A DNA stretch of 47,509 nt from a virus (taxonomy: Duplodnaviria > Caudoviricetes), in the IMG/VR virus record IMGVR_UViG_3300011423_000002, positions 1-47,509 of that record. One strand, written 5' to 3'. The notes beneath the pieces are model-generated. The model had not been told where the DNA came from. It saw only the letters and a list, made by a program, of their open reading frames with translations, and did not search any database. Shown piece after piece: positions 28,324 to 35,982 of the stretch. Positions within the stretch are counted from its first letter, which is position 1. Every line of letters begins with the position of its first letter. Position numbers and translations under genes: made by a program.

Positions 28324-30423
28324 CTAGCCTGCTTTCTGTAGCTTCTTACGATTGTGCCCGGCGATGATAGCATCAGCTAGTTCCTTACCGAAGCTATCTT
28401 CATTCCACCGAGGCGCTTCAGTGTTATTCATCACATTGTGGAACTGACTACGCTTACGCTCATTGATTCCATCTAGTGTGGAATCGATAGCCGTAAGTCC
28501 TTCCATGTGCGCGTATACTGCACTCACGGTTCCTGACCCACCCTTCTCTACGCTAGCAGCCGCGCCGATACGAATGAATCGACCTTCTACCTGCTCCTCA
28601 TTAGCAGGATTCCACTGACGCTCGTGAAGGATGCAGTCTGAGCACGTCTGAAGGTTGAGTCCCTCACCTGATGACAGTGTAGAGGCCACCATGATGGCGC
28701 GTGGTGACTCGTTGAACTGATTCACCAGCTCGTTACGGTCGTATCCATTCATACCCCCTCGAATATGCATCACGGGCATATCCTTACCGTAGCGATGTTT
28801 GAATTCATCCAGCAGTTGATCAGCCACATCGATGTGATGCACGAATACGACTATCTTACGGTCAGTATCCTCAACGAACTCATCAACGTATTCGAGCGTA
28901 GCAGGTATCTTAGCTAAGCCCACTAGATGACGCATCTTAGCCATAGCTGCCAAGATATGCATCCCGCTGATGTTATCAGCCTGAGCCTGATACCACTCAA
29001 CGAACTGAGCGACCGCCTCATCATACATTTCTTCTGTCTGAGGCGTCATACGCACAAGTAGCTTAGTCCTATTGACTAGTGGTAGCTCAGGGAGCACCTC
29101 GGTGCGCTCACGGCGAATGCACAAGTCCTTAGTGTGCTCCTTGAACCTCTTGATATTGCGAATACCACCTTCCTTGCGATACGCGCCCTGATAGTAGTAA
29201 TCGACCCAATCACGCTTGAACTTTTCCTCACTATTGAACTTGATGGGGTCCATCATGTTGAATACAGGGAACAGCTCACTACCACGATTCTTCCACGGTG
29301 TGCCACTCAGGGCTATTACTTTACGTCCCTTAGCGACCTTACGAACCATCTGAGTGCGTGTGCTATCGACGTTCTTAATCTGTTGACACTCATCCAAAAC
29401 TACCGCTTTGATTCCAACACGCTCGAACTGAGCGATATCGAATCCCTGATTGACAGTCTTACCTGACTTCATCTGACGCACCTTTGGGACTAACATATCG
29501 TAGCCCACGATGTAGTGCTTCAGCCCAGGTATCAGGAAATCCTTCGACGTTTCGACCATCTGAGGCACATGGTCGTCGCCCATCCAGTTGATGATTGTAC
29601 CAGCGAACTGATATTTCAGACCTGACTTGACGACCCACAAGCAAGGCCACAACTCAGGATGGAACTTCACTACACCCATTGCCTGATTAGTCTTGCCTAG
29701 GCCCATCTCGTCGAAGCACGCACCACCACTGTTAACAGCTAGCGCCTGCTCAAGAAACTGCATCCCCTCAATCTGGAATGCATAGGGCCGATATCGACCA
29801 CACTTCAAGCACTCGTTCTTACGCCATTCATGCTCACATGTAGCCGAACCACCGAACTGGAACAAGTGAAACGGGGTTCCCTTGGGAATACGCTTTACGA
29901 GCGTGTGACCACATTCGAGAGTGATAATCTTGAGATTGGGCCTCAATTCGTCACTGTTCTCGATTGTCTTCTCTCGAAGTGATTTGGCGACCTTACCACA
30001 ATATTCACACTTGTCTTGCAGCCGTGTGATATTGTACTTAGGTGTGCGGATAATCTGTTCGTCGAATGTAACTTCGACTGTCGCCCCTGAACGTATCGCA
30101 TCGATGATGGTAGCATCGAGTGACAGATTGGAGCACGGCGACGTGTTATCACAGCCGATGCGCTTCGCGCATTCAGCCCATTTATCGTTGTGACCACATC
30201 CCGGTGACAGTGCGTGCGCCACTTCGTGAAGTATTGTATTACGCACATCAGGGGTAGGGTGAATATCGATGTGATGTGCTGACAGAATGATGCACGTATC
30301 CTTGTATGAGCACAGCCCAAGGAATCGTGAATCAGCATTCTGATTCAGTCGCACGGACCATGCCGATAGGCCATGCTTGTTTAGTTGTTCCCGCGCAAAC
30401 TGCGCGGCTTCCTGTCTAGTCAT
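28324..30423 (-). CDS. SprT-like zinc metalloprotease fused via Zn fingers to SNF2-family (HARP/SMARCAL1-like) helicase
   Basis: LGLC, ILHEVAHAL, H...W...A..IG; DEMGLGKT, LDECQQIK, LSGTP, GEGLNLQ, WNPANEEQVEGRFIRIG. Confidence 0.88.
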   Translation of the reverse strand: MTRQEAAQFAREQLNKHGLSAWSVRLNQNADSRFLGLCSYKDTCIILSAHHIDIHPTPDVRNTILHEVAHALSPGCGHNDKWAECAKRIGCDNTSPCSNLSLDATIIDAIRSGATVEVTFDEQIIRTPKYNITRLQDKCEYCGKVAKSLREKTIENSDELRPNLKIITLECGHTLVKRIPKGTPFHLFQFGGSATCEHEWRKNECLKCGRYRPYAFQIEGMQFLEQALAVNSGGACFDEMGLGKTNQAMGVVKFHPELWPCLWVVKSGLKYQFAGTIINWMGDDHVPQMVETSKDFLIPGLKHYIVGYDMLVPKVRQMKSGKTVNQGFDIAQFERVGIKAVVLDECQQIKNVDSTRTQMVRKVAKGRKVIALSGTPWKNRGSELFPVFNMMDPIKFNSEEKFKRDWVDYYYQGAYRKEGGIRNIKRFKEHTKDLCIRRERTEVLPELPLVNRTKLLVRMTPQTEEMYDEAVAQFVEWYQAQADNISGMHILAAMAKMRHLVGLAKIPATLEYVDEFVEDTDRKIVVFVHHIDVADQLLDEFKHRYGKDMPVMHIRGGMNGYDRNELVNQFNESPRAIMVASTLSSGEGLNLQTCSDCILHERQWNPANEEQVEGRFIRIGAAASVEKGGSGTVSAVYAHMEGLTAIDSTLDGINERKRSQFHNVMNNTEAPRWNEDSFGKELADAIIAGHNRKKLQKAG

Positions 30424-30425
30424 AT

Positions 30426-30662
30426 CTAGCCCACCTTAATTCGACTAGGTGAATCAATTACGAGTTGTGCCGGTGTCTTGTAATCTGTATCCTTGACACA
30501 TGCAGTACAAATCCATTCACCCGCGAATGAACCAAGCTGCTGAGTGTTGTATTTCTTGCAATCAGCCTTACGCTTATTACAGCGAATACAGCATGGTTTC
30601 CATCCCGGCTGATTGTATGCCCAGTATGGACTGTCCTGTCCGTAGTATCCAATATCAGTCAT
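30426..30662 (-). CDS. Small Zn-finger protein
   Basis: CIRC...CTAC; GAGG RBS. Confidence 0.6.
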   Translation of the reverse strand: MTDIGYYGQDSPYWAYNQPGWKPCCIRCNKRKADCKKYNTQQLGSFAGEWICTACVKDTDYKTPAQLVIDSPSRIKVG

Positions 30663-30664
30663 TG

Positions 30665-30913
30665 TTAGCCCTCGTATTTCTGCATTACAGTGATGAGTAG
30701 AGTCTTCCACCCTAAATCACGAGCCGCATGGATGATATCGTCACCATGTGCATCCTGCTCGAATGTAGTGAACATGCTGTCACTACCTACAAGGTGACGA
30801 ACCTGTAGTGGTTCTATCTGACCTTGCTTATTTAGCACGTCCTTCATCTTACGCACGAATGTATCTGCACGCTTCGTGCGTGGGACTAGCTGGTCGATGC
30901 TAATGACAGGCAT
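30665..30913 (-). CDS. Minimal ParB/sulfiredoxin-like N-domain protein
   Basis: ISIDQL...L.KQGQIEPLQV...AARDLGWKTL. Confidence 0.55.
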   Translation of the reverse strand: MPVISIDQLVPRTKRADTFVRKMKDVLNKQGQIEPLQVRHLVGSDSMFTTFEQDAHGDDIIHAARDLGWKTLLITVMQKYEG

Positions 30914-31038
30914 TACTCAGTCCCATCCACGAGATAGTCACAGAGGAATGAGAATCCATACTTAACGATTCCATATGCAGTCACGGCGCGTAGACCTTGC
31001 TTACGCCAGAACATGTATTCTTCGTAGGTGACAGTCAT
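30913..31038 (-). CDS. 41-aa hypothetical peptide (not in ORF track)
   Basis: MTVTYEEYMFWRKQG...; exactly fills gap with TAATG coupling. Confidence 0.55.
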   Translation of the reverse strand: MTVTYEEYMFWRKQGLRAVTAYGIVKYGFSFLCDYLVDGTE

Positions 31039-31039
31039 G

Positions 31040-31738
31040 TTATTTCATCCCCTGAGCGATGATGTTACCTGCATCTTCCAGAGCCAGCTTACGGACCTTC
31101 ATCATGAGGCTAACGCCATTGATGAAATCTGAGTGAAGTGACTCAGCTATGCCCAGCTTGGTAGCGAGGGCGCGTATTTCAGCGGATTTAGCAGCTTTAG
31201 GTGAGGGGGATGTATTGGAAGCTGCTTTACGGATTGTAGCAGTCTTAGGCGAGGTGGGGATGTAGCTGAGGTCAGCTAGCTTGAGCTTCTCACGTTCATC
31301 ATTCCTGAGTTGATTCACGAATGCTGAATCCTTCAAGAATGTTACATGAGCACGGCGAACCGAATTCAGGTCCGCTAGTTCCTGCTGCTTTTTGAATATT
31401 GCAGCATCGAAATCCGTGATGCGCTTGATTACTACTTCAGCCAGCGCATACTGTTTATTGACGATGTTATCGTCAGCCTGTATAGCACCCTGAAGCTCAA
31501 CACAGGACACTGTACCTTTGTTATACATGTCCTGACTGACTTCATTGGTTTCATCTATCTTAGCTGACTGAACCAGCACTCTGTTGGCTGATGTATTGGC
31601 GAGTAGCTCCAGCTCAGCGTTGTAGCACGTATCACATTGAGCTATTCCACCGTAGTATACGGCGACCTCAATGTCAGGGCGTGCGCATACATCGCACTCA
31701 CCTATCGTTTTCTTTACTTTCCGCTCTACTATATTCAT
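31040..31738 (-). CDS. Hypothetical protein, N-terminal Zn finger and coiled coil
   Basis: CDVC...CDTC; GGAG RBS. Confidence 0.75.
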   Translation of the reverse strand: MNIVERKVKKTIGECDVCARPDIEVAVYYGGIAQCDTCYNAELELLANTSANRVLVQSAKIDETNEVSQDMYNKGTVSCVELQGAIQADDNIVNKQYALAEVVIKRITDFDAAIFKKQQELADLNSVRRAHVTFLKDSAFVNQLRNDEREKLKLADLSYIPTSPKTATIRKAASNTSPSPKAAKSAEIRALATKLGIAESLHSDFINGVSLMMKVRKLALEDAGNIIAQGMK

Positions 31739-31739
31739 G

Positions 31740-31937
31740 CTAGTTCTCCATCAGCTCGGCATATGTAAGCACGCGAACCATCGAATAGTTCTGCTTAATA
31801 GCCTGAATCTGAAGTGCGTGGGCCTCATCTAGCCGATTAGTGGTAGTGATTACGCCACCACCACTTCCATCAGGATTACCCCCACAGACGAAATATGTGT
31901 CTGTGACTACAACCCTCATATTCTCGTGTATTCTCAT
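31740..31937 (-). CDS. Hypothetical protein
   Basis: GGGGAG RBS, packed with next gene. Confidence 0.7.
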   Translation of the reverse strand: MRIHENMRVVVTDTYFVCGGNPDGSGGGVITTTNRLDEAHALQIQAIKQNYSMVRVLTYAELMEN

Positions 31938-32160
31938 ATAGTCTCCCCTGCCAGTCCAGCTACATGTATTTTCTGTCTGTAGTCACCCGGCAGCCACCCT
32001 GACTTTTGCAAACTCCGTGCCGTCGAAAACAGGCCCATTTTCGCGGTTCTTCGCCTTCCCTTCGTGCAAAAGTCCGGCGACACGGCGACTTCGGTCCACC
32101 CCGAGGCAGACTGCCAAATACATGTACAGGCTACTCGTACAGCATTAGATATGGCTAAAC

Positions 32161-32201
32161 AAAGTAAAAGAGCCGCCCTGGACATACGCCAGTGACGGCT
32201 C
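32161..32201 (-). terminator. Intrinsic terminator after 32255-32614
   Basis: gagccgtc...ggcggctc followed by ttttacttt on minus strand. Confidence 0.7.
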
Positions 32202-32254
32202 AGTTACTAAGGTGCCGGACCATGCTATCTAAGCACGGCCCGGCGACAGGGGAA

Positions 32255-32614
32255 TTACTCAGCCCACTCCACACCGAGAGTCTGCGATGCGAGGGCGCGT
32301 GCTTCCTCGGGTGACTTCTTCGCAGCCACATACACCTTGTAGAGTGTGCGGAGCTGGAGCTGTGAGTCAGACTCAAGCGTGGGCTTCTCGTATCCCGCTG
32401 CTTCCAGTGCAGCCGTCAGTGACTTCTGCCGAGCAGCCGCCTTACGCTTGTTATTGGCGTATGTCACCAACTCATCGTCCGACGGCATCTCACCAACATC
32501 GCGTACTTCCTGAATCCCCTCGAATGCCTGAAACTTACCAGAGTATCCGATAGGAGTAGTCAGGGGCTTGCCGTATGCAGTCTCTGTCGTTGCGGTGAAT
32601 TCAACTGTTTTCAT
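32255..32614 (-). CDS. Hypothetical protein, paralog of 34393-34758
   Basis: CAGGAGAG RBS; about 85/119 identical to paralog without gaps (hand count). Confidence 0.9.
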   Translation of the reverse strand: MKTVEFTATTETAYGKPLTTPIGYSGKFQAFEGIQEVRDVGEMPSDDELVTYANNKRKAAARQKSLTAALEAAGYEKPTLESDSQLQLRTLYKVYVAAKKSPEEARALASQTLGVEWAE

Positions 32615-32691
32615 GTTATTCTCTCCTGTATCTACTGTCTGTTTCCGCTACGTGTATTCTGCCGGGGGAGTTAGTTCCCGCCGACAAGAGA

Positions 32692-32720
32692 ATTGTCTCA
32701 TGGGCGGGGGGTGGCGTCAA
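32692..32720 (-). promoter_or_regulatory. Sigma70-type promoter
   Basis: TTGACG-17-GACAAT with extended TG. Confidence 0.7.
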
Positions 32721-32744
32721 GAGTTATTTCGGGCCTGAGTGAAA

Positions 32745-33164
32745 TTATTTTCGGCCCGACTTGGCACGTTGTCTCTCGGCAGCCCGAAACATCCTATCGT
32801 CATCTTCATTATTCATCTCATTACTGTGATTCCTATAGCTGTATATTGCCTGAATGAAGTCCGTAGTCTTTCTAGTTTTGAGATATGGTCTTAGCATCTC
32901 AAATAGTGGTTCTACCTCATCTGTACCAAACCATAGTCTGTGCTGAGGCTTACCATTGGGCATTGTATATGGCCCCAACACTTTACCTAATCCCACAGTG
33001 CGCTGAAAGAATTCTAATACTTCCACATTTTCAGATACCTGGGATATAGTCGCCATGAGTGACGGTGATACTGTTCCCTTTGATGATGGGCGCGAGCGAT
33101 TGTAACGCACGCATCCTTCACCATCAAAGAATCCAGCACACCACGCGATATCTATGTGATTCAT
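32745..33164 (-). CDS. Free-standing LAGLIDADG homing endonuclease
   Basis: IAWCAGFFDGEGCV, ISQ, LEFFQRTVGLGKV, LRPYLKTRK. Confidence 0.85.
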   Translation of the reverse strand: MNHIDIAWCAGFFDGEGCVRYNRSRPSSKGTVSPSLMATISQVSENVEVLEFFQRTVGLGKVLGPYTMPNGKPQHRLWFGTDEVEPLFEMLRPYLKTRKTTDFIQAIYSYRNHSNEMNNEDDDRMFRAAERQRAKSGRK

Positions 33165-33484
33165 TTTAGTCCCAGCTCCTTCATGATTTTATCGTATGCC
33201 TTCTGCTGTTCTGGTGTACGATGTGAATTTGTAGACTTCTCCTCTTTAGGTTCAGGCTCTTTGACTACCGATGGAAGCTCACCTCGGCAGTCGATACATC
33301 TAGGCTGTTCCTCCCGAAGCGCGTATTCGTCTATCATGAACTGTTCACCACATCCCCAACATATTCCAATCTTACCGACTAGAATATGTGCTAGACCTAG
33401 GTGAACGAAGAAACTACATCCCTGTACGGCACATTTCCACGTTTTCTTGTTCAGTAGAATCAATTTGTGTGGATGTTTCGCCAT
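33161..33484 (-). CDS. Zn-finger protein (true start probably 33484)
   Basis: AAAGGA RBS before MAKHPHK; WKCAVQGC, CWGC, CIDC. Confidence 0.7.
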   Translation of the reverse strand: MAKHPHKLILLNKKTWKCAVQGCSFFVHLGLAHILVGKIGICWGCGEQFMIDEYALREEQPRCIDCRGELPSVVKEPEPKEEKSTNSHRTPEQQKAYDKIMKELGLK

Positions 33485-33974
33485 ATTGTGTCCTTTCATG
33501 TATCTGTGATATACATTCGGCCCGGCACGGCCCGTGCCAAGTCCAACTGTATGTGTGCCTGTCTGTCTGTGGCCTAGTCTACCACGCCCTCCGGGGGATG
33601 TCAATGCCCTCAATAGTGGACACAATACATACACAGGCTACATGTAGTTAATGATTATATAAAAAATATATATATATATAAGAAGAACCTCCTCGGAAGG
33701 GCGTATCCGTGTGTCAGGGGGTGTGGGGGGTAGGGACCAGACACGGACACACACACAGACACTCGATAATATGTAGCAGGGCCATGCCGTACAGCTATAT
33801 TATTTTCACACGTAGTGTGAACATCGGTACAGGAGAGCGTACAGCGTACAGGGGGATTCACGCGCAGCGTGAACCGTACAGCTAAGTGTGGGGTCGAGCG
33901 CAGCTCGAATTTATAGGGAGGGCGTACAGGGAAGGCGTACAGCTAAGTGGGAAATAATGTGTAGGAGAACCAGG

Positions 33975-34130
33975 TCACTCGACCAGGTTCCTGACTGCGC
34001 GGGCGGCCACTCGCCAAGAGATACCGGCTTTACGTAGCTCCGACATCAGCTGGATAATCTTAGCTCGCTGAGGTCGCTTGTGCTTGCAGTACCACGCGAG
34101 CCATGCTCGTTTGTATTGTGCTCGTGTCAT
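33975..34130 (-). CDS. 51-aa basic early protein
   Basis: CAGGAG RBS before ATG 34130. Confidence 0.7.
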   Translation of the reverse strand: MTRAQYKRAWLAWYCKHKRPQRAKIIQLMSELRKAGISWRVAARAVRNLVE

Positions 34131-34180
34131 GTATGCTCCTGTGAAAAGAAAGAGCCAGCGTGTTAGGCTGGCTCCAGGTA

Positions 34181-34336
34181 TTACGCTCCGAGAGTCCGAC
34201 GGTCCACACCTTCGAGCACAAACCGTGCAACGATTCGAGCGTAGATGTAGCTCGCCTGCACATATCCCATTCGGATGCAGTAGCGAACTACGTTCGAGTA
34301 GACGCGGATACGTTCGTTCGAGTAGAAGGGGTCCAT
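34181..34336 (-). CDS. 51-aa early protein (not in ORF track)
   Basis: MDPFYSNERIRVYSNVVRYC...; identical RBS context to 33975-34130. Confidence 0.7.
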   Translation of the reverse strand: MDPFYSNERIRVYSNVVRYCIRMGYVQASYIYARIVARFVLEGVDRRTLGA

Positions 34337-34392
34337 GTATGCTCCTGTGGAAAGGAAGTGCCCGGATATACAGTCCGGGCACCAGGTGTGAA

Positions 34393-34758
34393 CTACTCGC
34401 CGTCAGGCCACTCGACGCCGAGTGTAGTCGAAGCCAGCTCGCGCGCCTCGTCGTGCGGCTTCTTCGCAGCGATGTAGACTTTGTAGAGAGTCTTCAACTG
34501 CATCAGCACATCTGTCTCCATCGTCGGCTTTTCGTATCCAGCCGCTTCAAGAGCCGTGGTAAGCGCCTTGCTACGTGCGGCAGCCTTGCGCTTGTTGTTG
34601 ACGAAGTTGACAATTTCGTCATTGGAAGGAAATTCGCCAACGTTGCGGACTTCTTCAATACCAGTGAAAGCCTGATACTGTCCCGCATACTCGATTGGCG
34701 TTGACAGCGGCTTTCCCCATGCCGTCTCAGTCGTCGCCTTGAACGTCACTGTCTTCAT
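34393..34758 (-). CDS. Hypothetical protein, paralog of 32255-32614
   Basis: GAGGTG RBS; paralogy. Confidence 0.9.
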   Translation of the reverse strand: MKTVTFKATTETAWGKPLSTPIEYAGQYQAFTGIEEVRNVGEFPSNDEIVNFVNNKRKAAARSKALTTALEAAGYEKPTMETDVLMQLKTLYKVYIAAKKPHDEARELASTTLGVEWPDGE

Positions 34759-34801
34759 CTAGTCACCTCACTCTGTTAACGAACCAACGACTTACTTGAC
34801 T

Positions 34802-34829
34802 ATCTTACACCAGGTAGACGGCCGTGCAA
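34802..34829 (-). promoter_or_regulatory. Early promoter candidate
   Basis: TTGCAC-16-TAAGAT with A/T-rich upstream region; leader shared with 35856 promoter. Confidence 0.55.
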
Positions 34830-35064
34830 CATGTATTTTGTAATTGTTTGTAACTAAATGTCTCTTTAGTAACTTGTCTGGTTGTATGGTTGACTATACA
34901 AGCGTACAGCCAGGTATCACTCCGAGCGTAGCGAGGAGACATGTACAGCGTACAGCTATTTTTGGGGTCGGCCGAAGGCCGAGCATACATGGCGTACAGT
35001 GGTACAGCGAATGCGTACAGCTTATGGGCCAAATATATGTGTGCAAAAGTGTGCATATTCGAGC

Positions 35065-35097
35065 AAAAAAAATCCCTGGGGTGGCTGTCCCCCAGGG
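35065..35097 (-). terminator. Intrinsic terminator
   Basis: ccctgggg/ccccaggg stem then T8 on minus strand. Confidence 0.8.
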
Positions 35098-35104
35098 GTG
35101 AGTG

Positions 35105-35296
35105 CTAGCACTCGTCGTAACGTTGCGCGTTGAAGGACTTCGGTTCATCAAGGCCAAGCACCTTGATTTTCTCCCATGCGACTGAGAGTGCCTCAAACTG
35201 ACTAGCGGCTGCGACCACTAGCTCGATGGAGCAGAACATCTCCATCTTAGGACGATACGACTCGTTGAAGGTGAAGTTTACTTTATAGAGTTTCAC
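35105..35296 (-). CDS. Early hypothetical protein
   Basis: GGAG RBS, GTG start. Confidence 0.65.
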   Translation of the reverse strand: MKLYKVNFTFNESYRPKMEMFCSIELVVAAASQFEALSVAWEKIKVLGLDEPKSFNAQRYDEC

Positions 35297-35354
35297 TGTG
35301 TATCTCCGAGAAGTGAGGCTAGGTGTCTCATAACCACCTAGCCTCTGTTAACTA

Positions 35355-35552
35355 TCAGTCGTCGTATCCTTCATCCTGTCTGCGAGCCATGCGCCTCTGA
35401 CATCCGGCGCATATCGAACTACGTGCTCGCGATTGTAGCCGCTTGTCGCATATGCAACAGCGGGGGATTATTCTACCAGTTGTCGGATGTCTATCAGGAC
35501 AAGGGTCGCCTGACGTGTGTCCGCAACAAGGGTAATCTTCACAGCGTCCCAT
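35355..35552 (-). CDS. Cys-rich early protein
   Basis: GGAGAG RBS before ATG 35552; RCEDYPCCGH, CCIC, CAGC. Confidence 0.7.
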   Translation of the reverse strand: MGRCEDYPCCGHTSGDPCPDRHPTTGRIIPRCCICDKRLQSRARSSICAGCQRRMARRQDEGYDD

Positions 35553-35617
35553 TTTACTCTCCAGACTAGAGTAACTGGGGAGTGGATTGATATAGAGTCT
35601 ATCCACTCCCCCGATAC

Positions 35618-35791
35618 TTAGTTGATGCTGCCGTTACCTTCCGGTATCTTCGTCTGTCTCTCCGCTTCCATCTCCACTACTAGCAGTAGCATCATCTCTG
35701 CGAAGTATTCAGCCGCTTCAGTCCAGCCATGCGCTGACATCTCGCTAGTCGCGCGCATGAAGAATGCAAGTAGCATCTCCTTTTGAGTCAT
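35618..35791 (-). CDS. Early hypothetical protein
   Basis: GGGGG RBS-like; first gene after 35856 promoter. Confidence 0.6.
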   Translation of the reverse strand: MTQKEMLLAFFMRATSEMSAHGWTEAAEYFAEMMLLLVVEMEAERQTKIPEGNGSIN

Positions 35792-35855
35792 GGGAATCAC
35801 CCCCTTTCGACTTCAACGTGGTATTCAGTTATCAACGAACACGACTTACCTACTA

Positions 35856-35884
35856 ATCATACATGAACCAGCATCTTGTGCCTA
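35856..35884 (-). promoter_or_regulatory. Early promoter candidate
   Basis: TAGGCA-17-TATGAT. Confidence 0.55.
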
Positions 35885-35903
35885 TGAATCTTTATCCATT
35901 TTC

Positions 35904-35951
35904 ATGCATAAGTATACATGCATAACTATACATCACTATGCATAACTATAC
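35904..35951. repeat. Three direct repeats ATGCATAA(G/C)TATAC
   Basis: Copies at 35904-35917, 35918-35931, 35938-35951. Confidence 0.9.
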
Positions 35952-35953
35952 GC

Positions 35954-35982
35954 TTGACATCCAAGTATATGTATAGTATAAT
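35954..35982 (+). promoter_or_regulatory. Perfect consensus sigma70 promoter
   Basis: TTGACA-17-TATAAT. Confidence 0.85.

Noticed and set aside
31934-32185. 83-aa ORF
   Set aside because: Starts inside a terminator hairpin, has no RBS and overlaps extensive RNA structure
34078-34704. 208-aa plus-strand ORF and similar antisense ORFs (24059-24688, 18783-19106, 41669-42094)
   Set aside because: They are shadows of better-supported opposite-strand genes with RBSs
33788-35020. CRISPR mini-array
   Set aside because: Repeats are only 6-14 nt with irregular spacing
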